A stretch of DNA of 64,000 bases, taken from contig RSEE01000016.1 of the NCBI GenBank assembly GCA_003971905.1, positions 744,001 to 808,000 on the forward strand, read 5' to 3'. How positions within the stretch are numbered: position 1 is the stretch's first letter; the number at the start of each line of letters is the position of its first letter. Of this stretch, positions 1 to 13,194 are shown piece by piece. This stretch comes from Moniliella sp. 'wahieum' (lineage: Eukaryota). The notes under the pieces are model-generated. The model did not search any database, had not been told where the DNA came from, and saw only the letters and a list, made by a program, of their open reading frames with translations. A program made the translations under genes and the position numbers.

Positions 1-1006
1 ATCCCTTACTCGATGGCACGACCAGCCAGGAAGAACGCACAGGAACTCTTGTCGAGGCGTTGATGGGCTCCTTGATCCAGGGAGGAAACTTGCCTTTGAC
101 CCTCGATCTTCACCCGGACGGACAACGTGCCCAGCCAATTGCCAACCCAGCGGCCTCGCAACCGAGTGCGCTCAGCTCACCACCGCCCCGCTCGCCCACG
201 ACGTGGAAGATGCCATGGATTGACACAGAGTCGGCTCCCTTGCCATTGCCTCCTGCCAGCATGTCTATGTTTGGCCGCGGCTTTTTGTCCCAAGGAGCAC
301 CTGCGGTCGGGGTGGCCATGACTCAGCTCGAGGCGCGGCGTAGGGCGACGTTGACCCAAAACCCCGGTGCAACCCAGTTCCAGCTCTGTGGGCTGGAATG
401 ACCCAATGGACCGAGGTGGCCGGCAACGCGGCGCGCTTCAGCCCAGACCACTCGCTTCTTCTCGGCCAGTGAGCCGTGGCAGGTGGTCGCTGCGGTGATG
501 CGTGTCCTGAGTCAGAACAAGGCAGAAACGGAAACGAAAGTGTATGCGCTGGACCCTCGTCCGTCCCCGGAAGGGGAAGAAGACCGGCCCGGTTCATCGG
601 AGCACAGAGACGAATCGACTTGCAACACCAAGCAGACATGGAAGGCTTGGGCTAGTATGCACGCTCTCACCCCGCAGGCGTACAGCCCGCACCCACCCAG
701 GAGGAATTGGCTTGGCGTCGCCTGCTCGACGCTTCTTCTTCTTCTTCTTCGCCATCCCAGGAAAGCCCGCACCCCGCAGGCTCCTCGTACCGCCCCCGTG
801 GTGCACGCATCATGGTTGCCCTCACCGACCGTCGCAAGTGCCACTTGATGGGGAACGTGTGGGTTGACCCGCTGGGTTCACGCCAGCGCGGCTCGATCAA
901 AACCCTCGTTTGTTTGACCGGTGTCGTCGTTCTCCGCTCGAATGGCGCCGGCTGTTCAAGGCAATGTTGGACGATCCGACCATCGCACAGTCTCGTACCC
1001 ATGTAG
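1..1006 (+). CDS. 3' part of a hypothetical protein (partial, frameshifted)
   Basis: Open frame from the window start through 401, continued by overlapping ORFs 483-848 and 707-1006; no recognisable domain. Confidence 0.3.
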
Positions 1007-1272
1007 CCGGGACCTTTATCCGCTCAACAATGCTATCTGCTCGGCTTGTTCCTGGACTGCACCAGAGAAGGAGGTGGAAGAGGGGGGGGGGGTCGCCGTT
1101 TTACATGGGCGCCCGAAGCGCTGCCATGGAACCGGAGGCTGCTTTACCGTGAGTGGTGGAGTGGCACGGATTTAGATATAGGTGGATCTGGCGTGGAGGG
1201 GGTACTAATGGAGGGCAATAGGATCTATTGAACGGATGACAATAGGAGGATTTGTCGATGACAACCTGCATT

Positions 1273-3249
1273 CTAGGCCAAGTGGCCCAGGCCAATCGTG
1301 TTCTTGGCGGCATTGGTGGCCAAGTACACATTCTTGAGAAAGGTGGCACCAACGAGCCATTGCTTGTCTGACCCACCTCCCGAGACGGCACTAACGCATC
1401 GCCCTGGAGGTCGGACTTGTTCACTGGCAACCAGGTTAAGTCTCGTGGGTCAATCGCAAAACTGGGTCCCTCCTATAGTAAGAGCAAGGGAGGCGGAAGT
1501 GGTGCAGGGAATGGTCCACCCCCCTGTCCGTCTGGGATGGAATCAGGGATGGCGTTGTGATACGCTTGGGCATCCGCCGTGGGCAAGATCATCAGACTGG
1601 TTCCCGTATCCAAGATGCCGTTCGCTGGGACAAGTTGAGGTCCGTGCCGTTGACACTGATCTGGTCCAGGGCCACTTCCCAAAAGCCCGTTTAGACTGAT
1701 GGCACCTCGACCAGCGATCCCTTGATCGAACTTCCATCCACGCCTCCAAAGGAGACAACCCCATCGTTTTCCTGTGGTCCATCGCGCGGTGCCTCGACGC
1801 GGCTACGGTACCCCATGATGGGAGAGGGCACCAGGCCAGCCGAGTGCAGGGCATCAATCGGGGTTGGAGCATCGTAGGTGCTAAGCTGTTGCCTGGCAAG
1901 ACCCATAAGGCCATCAAAGGGCACAGAGGGGTCGCTGAACTCGGTGCTGGTCTGGTTGGCCAGGGCAAAGGTAAAGTTTTGAAGATGCATGCCAGCAATG
2001 GTGAGTGTATCGCTGGCGACGCTGCCCGACATTTTCCCAGTACCATAGCGAATGGTAACCGACTGCGAAGGGTAGTGTGGAGCGAGGTGGAGTCAGCCTT
2101 GAGCAGGCGGGCATGACCTTGGCCACAGCTTGTGCATTCCACCAAGGAAGCCACGTGTCAGCGCTCCCGCTGTCAATGAGCAGACGGAAAACCTTTTCCC
2201 TGACTTCCTATGCTGAAATTGGCCACATAGCCCACATCGTTGCCCTCGATGGATAGACCCAACGAGTTAGGCGCAACGTTCCCACTGGGATGGTCAAGTT
2301 GCCCGCCTTGGCAGCCGCCAGGTCAAGCGGAGAAAAGCCACTGACCGAAGCCTTATTGGCCCACAGGCGTTCGTGAGATACGGATTCTTAATCCCAGAAT
2401 CGCTTCTAGACCCATCCAAAGTGGGAAAGCTCGCCGTGCTAGTCACGGTCGACCGCACAGCGGAAGAAGTGGGTAGAGCTTTGCGGGTCTTGGTCTTATG
2501 TTTCGACCCATGCCACGATTCGGACAGGTTGGGGGATCCCGATGCGAGACCGCGGTCTGCTGGCCGACATGGTTGGCTGGATGCGGCAGCAGCACCACGC
2601 ACGTGCTCAACCGCCGCGGTAGCAAGGGGAGCCATTGCATGAGAGAGACGTCGCTCAGCGGTACGGAATCCGGCGGGGGGGAGTGCGCTGGGCGGCGAGA
2701 ATTTGTACGCCACTACCCGCCGCTGCCCTAGTCCCATTGGGGTGATTGGGCCCCAATCCGGCCATGAGGCAAGGGTCAACTCTTTCGCTCGGAAACCCGT
2801 TCCCGTCACCATACTCTTCCACTGTCTACGACGCAAGACTGCTCCCTCGTGGAGAGGCCGGTCTTGCAGGACAGAACGTTGGTTGGAGGTGTGTGAACTT
2901 GATCTCAGCCAGAGACAGTGGTACTCCAACGCCTGTCCAGTCGGGGGGTCAGTCGCCGTCTCATACCCGGCTGAGGCCAGCAGAGGAAGGAGACGCACCA
3001 CAAACGCATCGATGTGATCGGGTAAATCTATCTCCGGAGAGGTGCGTGGGTTACAAGATTATCCCGCGTGTCGAGGAAGGAAAGGAAAGGTGGAAACGTT
3101 CCGTGACACTGTCGCTTCGTGCGCTTCCTGCACCCGATTCGAGGCGGAGACCGATAGCGTGCCCACGGCTTTGGGCCAGTGGGCAGAGCAGAGATGCCCG
3201 GCAGGGTCGCCACAACAGCCAGTGTGGCGACGACATGCAAGTAGGACAT
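1273..3249 (-). CDS. Secreted A1 (pepsin-like) aspartic protease with long Ser/Thr/Ala-rich pro-region
   Basis: Signal peptide MSYLHVVATLAVVATLPGISA; catalytic motifs LLIDSGSADTW (~2150-2190) and ILDTGTSL (~1600); flap IAYGTG; FDGLMGLA; C-terminal WLVGATFLKNVYLATNAAKNTIGLGHLA-TAG; several frameshifts. Confidence 0.9.
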
Positions 3250-3386
3250 GGGCGTGGAGCAAGGGGGGCATGAGTGCGAAGGGTGACGGGCGAAGGGCGG
3301 CAACGCAGATTCCGTTTGGGCGATCAAGACCAGCTCGACGAGGGGGAGAAGTGGAGTAGGCCAGCTACTGCTTCAAGTGGTGGGTA

Positions 3387-3456
3387 GGGGGGGGGGGGGG
3401 GGGGCGCCAGGCCGGAGGAAAGGGGAGATGGATGGGGTGGTGGTGGTGGTGGTGGT
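3387..3456. repeat. Poly-G run and (GGT)n microsatellite upstream of the protease gene
   Basis: Long G run at about 3387-3404; GGT repeats at 3436-3456. Confidence 0.8.
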
Positions 3457-4107
3457 CGAGGAGGTCGACCATGCACGTAGCAACTGCGTGATGGATTGGG
3501 CTACATCTTAGCGCCACGCCAGGGACGCTCCCAATTGTAGAAGCCGGTTAAACATTGTGTGATGCAACACACACAGCCCTTGTGCTTACTACGTTGATCA
3601 CGTTGTTGGACGCAGAAGAGCGAGGAGTGGCAAGGCCGGCACTGGGGCTGTGTAGCGAATAGGGCCTCGAGGGTCGTTCTGGAGGTCGCTTCCTATATTC
3701 CACTCCCCTTCTTTCCTGTCTTGGCCAACAGAGGGATAATCGACACGGTCTAAGATGGGATAGCTGAGGCACTCATTTCATTGACGCAGATCATTCTGCT
3801 GCTCTGGCCTTGCTCCCGCCGGGGCGTGGCGGTGCGAGAGGGTGAGTTCGGGGCTAATAAATCTCACAGTCACAAAAAGGCCTCTCGAGAGTTGAACGTT
3901 GAGTTCCGAGATCTGTGAGAGAAGGCTTAGTTCTACCCTATCCCCGTTCGCTTTTTTAGCCGCTAGCACATCTGTGCGATCCCCGGCCTTCTTGTAGTTC
4001 CAACGTCCAGGAAAATTTCTCCCCAAAAAGTTCACACATTTTCCAAACAAGCGTTGCATCGAGCGCTTCTTCTCAGCCTCTCATCGATCATCCCTCTCCA
4101 TTTCCCA

Positions 4108-4327
4108 TCTCTATATTGCATCCACATATTATTGACAGAGCTTAAGACTGGACAGGAAAACGCTACGCCTAAACCGACCCGTTCATCTTGCGCGTGTTGC
4201 TCGGTAGCGCCACCCCTGTTAAGGAACCAGGGGAATCGCCAGGATAACAGGACCCTCTGGTGCCCGCCACCGTTCCCCCATACCCGAGGTAGCGCGTGTG
4301 GACACGGATGAACGTGGTAGACATCCG
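4108..4327 (-). mobile_element. Copy 1 (short) of a dispersed repeat: 3' end of a CRE/Cnl1-like RLE non-LTR element
   Basis: Aligns by eye with 39077-39300 and 55648-55858 (ATTGACAGAGCTTAAG..GGACAGG..AACGCTACG..CCGTTCATCTTGCG..AGCGCGTGTGGACACGG..GACATCCG). Confidence 0.8.
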
Positions 4328-5802
4328 TCCTCTCTCGTCCTTCCCGCCTATATCGTGTTAGACTCCTGCCGTTTCCCAGCCAATTGATTCAATACAGGCA
4401 GCCTCCTCTCCTCTTATAGCTCCCACCTCCTTTTCCGCCCTCGTCCTCCAGCTCTTCATCCGTCCAGCCGCCCGAGCCTAGTTCCTTCATCCGCTTCGAT
4501 TCCCCGTGCCAGCTCGCCGCGTGGAAGCCTTTCCAGCCACTTCGACAGCCGTCCCTGCCCAGTCTCAGCTCTGGCAGTGTTTGTCTGCAACTGCCTCCGC
4601 CCGTCCCTAAGCGCGGAGGTTTCAGACGCGTCACTACAGCCCAAGTATACGCAGCCTTGCCACACGTGCGCCGCTCCGCTTCACGCACAAAGGCCTCTCC
4701 CCGTCCCTAGCTCCACTCGGATCCGCCAACCACCCCAAGCCCTAAACTACCGTGAGTCGTACTTCCGTCTCCTCAGGGATTGTACCCCACAAACCCGGGC
4801 GAACCCCCTGGCGGGGCCCGCCCCGTGGCATCTAAACTGATGCCATATATCTCTTCGCTAACTGCGAACAGTGGCCCGGTCGAAGAAAAGGAGAGAGCAT
4901 ACACGAAACCTTTCCTGGAGCCGCCCGGGGATATAACCAATGCCATCCTGAGAACCGCTTCCTTGACCAGCGAAAAGGGGCGACGAGGAACGGGGGTCTG
5001 TTATATTGTGAGGATGCATCCATCTGATGAGCTCGATGAGCGCTGTGAGCAGCCCACTTAATGGTGTGCGGCTTGTTGAACACAATTGCATTTTGGCAGC
5101 GCAACCGCCACACGGGAGTGAAATTGAAATTCCAACTCGGCGTTAAGATCGATCATCGATCGATACATAGTGCAGCTAGTAACTCGTAGCTGATTAGATC
5201 GTTGATGCGTGATGAATCTGCGGGGCGGAGATACTGGTGCGGTTGACTACTGTATATTTGTTTTAGCCGCAACGAAGTACAATGCCAGTAAGGTTTGGAC
5301 AGCGTAATACATCGTACCGACTGAGGATGTGACGGTGTGCGACGGCCGGCGACGGCGGATGTGCCTTGCAGAGGCAGGCCGCATCCTGCCCTGGCCAGGT
5401 AGGTAGTTGTATTTGAAAAGAAGGGCGCAAAGCGTCGGTTGTGCACGGTGAATAACGTGTGGACCGTTGGGCGGTGGCGCCGTGCTCTGCCTGCCATCGT
5501 CAGTACTCAGTTGCGGGGGTGAGCCTGCTGATGCACTGATGCGCTTGCATCCCAGGGCCAACGCAGCTGAGCAATACTTAACAGAGGGCAAATTAGCAGC
5601 GCACAGAGCAGCCTGACATTGTGGAGAACGGCATGGAAGGCTAAAAAGCTGCGGCCAAAGGCGGCAGATTAACTTTGATCTGCCCTGCCACCTTGATTTT
5701 TTCCCTTCGTGTCACCAACAGCACTACCACCGCCTTCGCACTCCACCGAACCCACTTGTCATCGTACGTCCCTATAAACCGTCCCTCCCCCATTCCTGAT
5801 TC

Positions 5803-6700
5803 ATGAGTCTTTTTGTTACTGAGCGCCACCGACCACTCTTAGTTCCCTCTCCACAGAGAGTGATTGCCACAGCCTGGAGCGTGGGCCGTATATGCTTGGC
5901 TGGCCTCGCACGCTCAGCCCACCAACCTTTGCAGCGCCTTTCATCAAGACCAGAACCGCAGCCATGGAGGCCAATATCGCTGGCGTCGCCCTCCATTCCG
6001 GAGTCCCCGCATCCCGATGCACCTCCCGCTGTCGCTTGTGAGAAAGGGCCTACCAAGCATCAACCTGCCCAACGCGAGCCTCCCTTGATTGGGGCCCATG
6101 CTCCTTGCCTGATGTGGCCGACTTGGCTCATGGCTCACCGCTCCTTCCTGCTGCCAATCGGGCCAAGAGTACGTTTGACCATCACTATCACGATCAAACA
6201 CTCGAGGATGACACCTTCAACGCCACAGAGCGCATTGTTACGGTTGGTGGCACGGTCGAGGACTTGGTTACTACTGCCCCCAGCATCTCCCCTTGTCCGT
6301 ATTGTGGACGAAAATGTGGGCCAAGATGGTATGGTGCAAGGTGACCGGCGGGGTGTTGTGAAGGAACCACCAGATACCGGTACCACTGAGGCCGAAGCTG
6401 GTTGTGAGGAGCTTGTCCCTTTGAAGAAGAAGCGAACTACTCGCGGTCCTCGGAGCAAGACCCGCAGCCGAGGCGTTCGTCGCAACAACAACTTGAAGAA
6501 GAAGCTTCTCTGGCCCAGGCCCAAGCCCAAGCTAAGGCTGAGGCTGAGGCGAAGGAAGAAAACGTTGAGGAAGGGCCCACTCTGACTCTGAAATCGCTGG
6601 GGACAACACCCTTTCCAACCAGCCTCAAGGGGAGGGTGACTTGGATTTGGGAGCCGCAGCTGGTTCGGTCGGGGTGACAATGGATTCCCCCTGGCAGGAC
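5803..6700 (+). CDS. Possible hypothetical protein (fragmented; acidic/Ala-Gln-rich segment)
   Basis: Overlapping ORFs with protein-like segments (TLEDDTFNATERIVTVGGTVEDL; QQQLEEEASLAQAQAQAKAEAEAKEE); no domain recognised. Confidence 0.3.
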
Positions 6701-8962
6701 CCCACGGTGGCCCCCACCTCAGCCCGAGGCTCTGAGCCAAATAACCTTGGGCTGGGATTCAGCTCGGGTTCAGACGGGGGTTCCATGGTTTGGCAATGGG
6801 CGATCCTGATTCCTCCTTTGCCCTCGCCGACAGGAGTGGGGGCCAATGCAGGACTGGGACTGGGACCCAGCTCGGGCTCGCACAGGGGGACAATAGCTTC
6901 CCTCTGGCTCGTCCTCCTCTCGCCCCCCCCTCTTCCCCCGTACAATCACTGGCTTCTACATGGGCTCGTTCTGGCTTGTGAGATCAACCGTGGGTTCTCC
7001 AACGCTCTCCTCTTCATCTGTTGGGGACGAGTTCTTATTTTCTCATTTTGGCTTCTCCCATTCTCCCGGTTCCGACAATGTACATGATAGGTCCATTATA
7101 TACCGGACCCGCGATTTTTTTCTCTTTTATTGTTGTTGGCTTTGTTTTGATTTTGCGTGCTTGAGGACCAGATCTCGGGCGCGCGTGTGTGATATTACAT
7201 GTGGATTCTTCGATGCGATGGGCCAACCATATACTAGAGTGCAATGCGTGGGTCAGCACGGAATAGAAGAGAAGAGGGATATCAGAAGCATCCCCGCATA
7301 CACACACTCTTGTTATAGTTTATAGGAAACAGAACAAAGAAACTTCGGATGAGTTCGGATGTAATTAACACTCCGCAGCTTTGCATGTGTAACACCGCTC
7401 TCTCGCAGTAGGGCGTAAGGCGTGTAAAACCTAAGACCTGGTGATCCTGTGACATGTGGTATGTGAAGACCGGGCTTGGTTGAGTACGTTGAGTGGAGCT
7501 CAACATCTTGTTGCAGCGTTACAAGCTCTGCAGCCTGTATCAACGTATTAACCGAGACGGGGTGCTTCTCTTTTTCATGTACGTTTTGAAGACGTTGAAG
7601 ATAAGAAGAAAATGCAATGCAAATATGCTTTTTCGGACCAACAAAATAGTATATCTCGACTCTCACAACCCTGTGAGATCCACCAGCGTGTTTTATATAG
7701 TTCTTCCACCCTTTGAGAGACAACTCGATCTCCGCGACCTGTGGACAAACAAATGCACCTCCCGTTACGCGTTACACGTTCCCACGTTGGCATTCTGATA
7801 TAGTAGCCAGTGTGCTAGTGCTGTACCCCTTCTTGTTGTACTCTCGCGTGTGATATATATATTAGTTGTCCATCAAAGGGACAGCCGTTGAAGCTTGAAG
7901 CAGGATGTTGGAAGAGAGGGTTTGCCAAGCCACTGAACATCTATGATTGCCCCCGACGAAGGCGGTATTCCCCTCAGTATAACATCTGGATGGCAGTCTG
8001 GTATATACCGTGAGGTCTGAGATGTCATTTTGACATCCTTGTGGGGTTGAACGATGTTGGGACTCAGTGTACTCTCCCCAGCTGTTGGGCTGAGCTCAGC
8101 GCTCAGCTTGAGCGCTGAGAGGAAGCCTTGGACTCAGCGCTGAGACTGGCAGCGCGATCAGCCTGATCGCTCAGCATGGACAGCGTCTCTGCGTCAGCTG
8201 CGATGGTGATAAGGGTGGGCTGCGAGGACTGCGCTGAGCGGATTGATGAGATTGATGATGAGCGCAGCTGCCATGCGTTGTGCCGTGATGCATGATGTGT
8301 CGACTGACACCCAGGGGCGCGACGGATGGGAGCAGGTGGGACGGCGGAGATGCTCGGATGGATCCTCGGTCCCAGGGCGTTCTCACATCTCAGATCTCAC
8401 ATCTCACAGACGGGCCTCACCGGTCACAGGTCATAGGTCACCGGTCACCTCAGATCTCACACCGCGATCTGACGCGGGACGCAGGTGACCGGTGACCGTG
8501 ATGGATGAGATCGATGAGCAACTGAGTACTGACGCAGATGCGGCACCGAGGCTGAAATTGCAGGTGGGCTGACACTGGTCCTGTGCGGCAGACTTGGCCA
8601 TCGGCACGCTGGACCGGCCGGCACCTGGCCCCTCTTATTTCCACAGCCACTCTGTTCTGCCGCCTTCAAGCATCAAGCTTCAGCTCAGCCTGGTGCTCAC
8701 CTTCATCCGGGGAGCTCCAGCGCCGTTTTCTCCCCCGCCGCCTCCACCTCCCCCCCTCTGCCCGCCCGCCCTCCTTCCTGGCACCAGAGCCCCCGTTCCC
8801 ATGTCCGCGCGTTGCGCACGCAACCGATGCCGGGCTCATGCCTCCCCCGGCATTTGCACCCCCTCCCGCCCCAGCAGCCTCGGCTGCAGCTCCTGCTTCT
8901 GCCCCAGCTCCCGCCGCGCGTCATCACCACCCTCTCCTGCGCCGCCGTCCCACTCCCTGACA

Positions 8963-11900
8963 ATGCCGCCCCACACCCCTTCTTCCAGCCCACGCCTCAC
9001 CGCCCGGAGGCCGCGTTCCCCATTCTTCCGTTCCCCTCGCCCCTTTGCCCGGCTCCACCCCGCCCAGGCCTCGGACCCCCCCGCTCCGAGCTCGGACGCC
9101 GACAAGAGTGCCGTCGCCAGTCCACCACGGGCCCACTCCTGCCTCACCCACGCCACCCCAATCAACCAGCCATTCTCCGCACCACCACCGCCTCCCACTT
9201 GGTCTCGGGCTCGCCCTGGCGACTCCCAGCCCGAGACAGGCATTGGGTCTGGCCGTTCACTCCGTCCATTGGGCCGGACAGGCGTCGAGGTGGATCCTAT
9301 CACAGCGGCTCAGATTTCATCCATTCGCTCTGCGCTTCATGCTCCGTCCCAGACCGTCCGGGTCATGGATGCGGAGACTGGGAAGTCTTTGATCTCCACC
9401 TCAACCGCTCAGACCCGTACGCCATCCCTACCGCCACCAGGCCTCAGCGACCGGCCAGCCTTCCGCCTCCTTCTCCCCCCTTTGGGTCTCGTGAACCTTC
9501 CCCCAAACCTTCGCGACCTGTCATTGCTAAGGAACAATCGCGTGCGGCTACCCCAAAGTCCCCGCCACCGCTACCCCACCTGCGTCTTCCATCCCCTTGG
9601 CTGGAAGTGCCACGCCTGCCTCGGTTGGACCCGATACCTCCCTGCTTCAGCCGAAGGCGTCCCTTCTTCTTCAGTGTCTCCGTCTCCACGGGCAAACCAA
9701 CCTTTGACCATGCTGGGGTCTGCTGGGCCTCAAGACCCGTCCTTGACGAGCGGATGGCCTTCTTTTTCCAGTTCTTCGACACAGGAAGGGACGTCCGCCC
9801 AGCCCACGCCTCGACTCAAGAAATTATCATGGGCTATGGCACGGCCCAAGTCGCGCAATCACAGTCGCGCCCGCTCTGATGCTGTTGATGGCCACTTGGA
9901 TGCATTCCCTCATCAATCCAGCGATACTGACGATGAGAGCATTGCTTCTCGAGGCGCAGCCGCTCGATCTATGGTACCGGACTTGCGTTCGGTTGAGGCG
10001 GCACAACTTGAGGAGGAGGGCAACCTACGCCACCTCTTGTATTATCCTAGGTCTTCTCGTTCTCATCCATCTCAGCCCGTGGAGCCTGATGCGACACTAG
10101 AATCTAGGCCGGACCAGTCCCCTACTGGTCCCGAACTCCCAACACGAACCCAATCTACCCGCTGAGCCGCATCAACCTCCGATGTCCCGAGCACTTCCCC
10201 ACAACCTGACCGGAAGGTCGTGAACGGGGACCTGACACCTGTCATGCCTCTTTCCCAGGAGCACCAGGCACCATATTCCTCCGTTCCGTTCAGTTACTCC
10301 CAGGGGAAGAGAGAGAGAAACTGCGCAACCGGATATGGAGAAGGACGAGACACGCCGCGAACCCACACGACTCTACACGGCCTTAGAGGAACCTTTAGTG
10401 CTTACTTCGCGCTCCGAGTCCACCGAATCTGCCCCGGCAGGGATGAGATCAACCCGCAATGAGCTCGAGGGGGGCATTGGGAGAGCGACAAGCAGTCCAA
10501 CCCCTTCTTCCCGTCCTTTAGCTCATCCGATCGCCCGCCATGGAGGATTGATCCTCAACGGCCTGAACCCATCGAGGCCATCAATTCCTCAGCGAAGCGA
10601 TTCGGGGATTAGCACCCAAAGTGGCGAGACGACGTACTCGACGGCCAGTGAAAGCGTCTCTGAACGCAGCTCAAATGAGGACACCATTCCCGAATCCCCG
10701 TCCATCGCCACTGGGGCTGTCAGGTACCGAATCGTCCCCCAAGTCAGCCAACTCGGCTTGGGTACAGGGTTCGATGACATCAACCGTGGGAATTCTTCAA
10801 CCACCTCTCCTGCAACTGCATCTACCCTTCTTTCATCTCACTTGAAACAGCATCCCCAGATCTCCGTGAGAAATAACCAACCTTCCTCATCTGCGGGCTC
10901 AACGACTCACTCCAAGCGGGGCCGGGCTTGAGACTGTTCTCTCCATCCTCTTTCAACTGCATCCTCTTCAGAGGCGGGCCGGACGTTTCGCGACCGGGTT
11001 TGCGCGATTGATTCTTCTTCTAATGAGGCAGGCACTAAGGCACCGCAGGTTCCAGCCTCCACGGCTAAAGTGGGATCGGGTCCCAGCAACGCACCCCCGA
11101 CCGCCACTCCTTCAAGTTGTCTCCTGTTCCCGCATCGATCCAGACCACCCATGCCGTCTGCTTCCAATACTCCTGTCCATCTACTCCCTCCTGCTCGTGC
11201 TCAGCGAATGGCGTCAGTGGGCGCAGTGAGTGAAGCAATTCTGTCACCCACTGCTTCCTCTGGTTCGGCGGGCGCAGGATCGTTTCCACGTTCATGCCAG
11301 TAAGAGGCTCAACGTTGATGTCGACGGGGCCAGGGGCGCAGCACGCTGGTCACCCTTCATTGTCGACAATCTGCACTGGCGATGCGGCGTTTGATCAGGA
11401 GGCCAACAAGAACGCGGAACGACTGCGCCGCCAGCGGCGCGCCAAGACGGAATCGGACGATGCTCAATCCCCCATCTCGCCCATCTCGCCCGATGCGTCA
11501 TCGTTTGCCCCTCCTGCAGTCGAAAGCACCCTACCGCCGAGATTCCGGTTTGCGCCGCGGCTGCTCTCGGTCGCCAGCGGCGAGGTCCCCCCACCTCGAG
11601 CGCTCCTGCCGGCGGCGTCCATGGCTCACCCGTTTATCCTTCACCGCACTTGAGCCCCACCGCTGATTCTCCGCCAACCGCGCCCAACACGGACCCCCCT
11701 CCCACCCGGCTGTGGGCAAGATCATTGATGAGTCCCATGCCAACTATGTACTCATGTACAACATGCTTACGGGCATTCGCATTGCCGTCTCGCGGTGCGA
11801 AGCCAAGCCTAGGCGCCCCTTGACTGCCAGCGACTACAAAGCACGGCACAAGTTTACGTTTGATATGTACGTCAGTGCCCTCTCTCCCTCCCCCCTGCCT

Positions 11901-13194
11901 TGGCCCGTGACTGATTTGATGTGACTTGCAGTGTGGGGAATGAACTAGCTCCAAAGTCCAACTACGATTTTCGGTTCAAGACGTACTGCAGCGAAGTATT
12001 CCGTGACTTGCGAGCACTCTTTCACCTCGACACGGCCGATTATCTCTTATCGCTCACGTCGCAGTACATTCTCTCCGAACTTGGATCTCCTGGCAAGAGT
12101 GGTTCGTTCTTTTATTTCAGCGGAGACTATCGGTTTATCATCAAGACCATCCGCCATTCTGAGCAAAAGTTTTTGTTGCGTATCCTTCCTGCTTACCATG
12201 AACATGTGCGCAAGAACCCCCACACCCTTCTCAGCCGCTTCTACGGTCTCATCGCGTCCAGTTGCCCCATGGCAAGAAGATCCACTTTGTCATCATGAAC
12301 ATCTCTTCCCGCCTCACCGTGACATTCACGAGACATATGATCTGAAGGGATCTCTTGTCGGACGCGAGTACCCCGAGTGGAAGCAGCAGCGAAAAAGGGG
12401 GCGACGCTCAAAGACATCAATTGGCTTCGACGCCAGCGCACCATTGAACTTGGGCCGGATAAGAACAAGCTGTTTCAGGCGCAGTTACGGTCGGATGGGC
12501 CTGCTGCAGCGACTGAACGTGATGGATTACAGTTTGCTGATTGGTTTGCACGATTTGCGCAAGGGCAACTCGCAAAACTTGCGGCAAGAGAAGCTCACGC
12601 TCTTCCAACCTCATCCGCTGTCTCCGGCCGAATCGGCCTCGACCAATCCATGACGCGCACCGCGAGCCGTCCGCTCAAACGTGGTCCCGACGCTACAGCG
12701 TTACGGCAAGCGGTGCAGCGCTCTGATCCTCGTAGCTTTGACCATGCCGACCGCCAACTTCCCGACAAGGATGGCCGAGAACGACTGTACTGCGTCTTTT
12801 ACCAAGAGGAAGGCGGATTCCGGTCGACATCGTCCGTCGACAATCAGCCGGCGACTGGATCTACTACATGGGTGTCATTGACCTCTTTACGCCCTACACC
12901 TTTTCCAAACGAGCCGAACACATCTTCAAAAGTGTCGCTTACGATCGTCACATGATCAGTCCGGTGGCACCCAAGGAATATGGCAAACGGTTCCTCCGCT
13001 TTATGCGGACCATCAGCGATCCTCAAGGCATCTGGCCCGGATGGCGCCACCAAGCTCATTTGGCCGAGAAACGAATGGAAAAGCCTCCGCCCGAACTGGC
13101 CGGGAGGAGAAACATGCGATCGAGGTTGTGGAATCACGCGCTCGCCTGTCCTCCCGCGGGGGCGACCTTGACAATTAAAAGCGCCCCGAAGTAG
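8963..13194 (+). CDS. MSS4: Phosphatidylinositol-4-phosphate 5-kinase (Mss4/Its3 family) with long disordered N-terminus
   Basis: [87 protein letters not shown]; intron 11867-11931 (GTACGT..CTGAT..CAG); start approximate. Confidence 0.92.

Noticed and set aside
5020..5050. Hammerhead-like CTGATGA-GCTC-GAT-GAGC
   Set aside because: The required GAAA after stem II is absent (GCTG instead) and no stems I/III are evident
7313..7798. AT-rich ORFs of 100-136 aa
   Set aside because: Atypical composition, no motifs, non-ATG starts; probably spurious
8085..8530. CRISPR-like array
   Set aside because: No constant repeat with unique spacers and no cas genes; eukaryotic context
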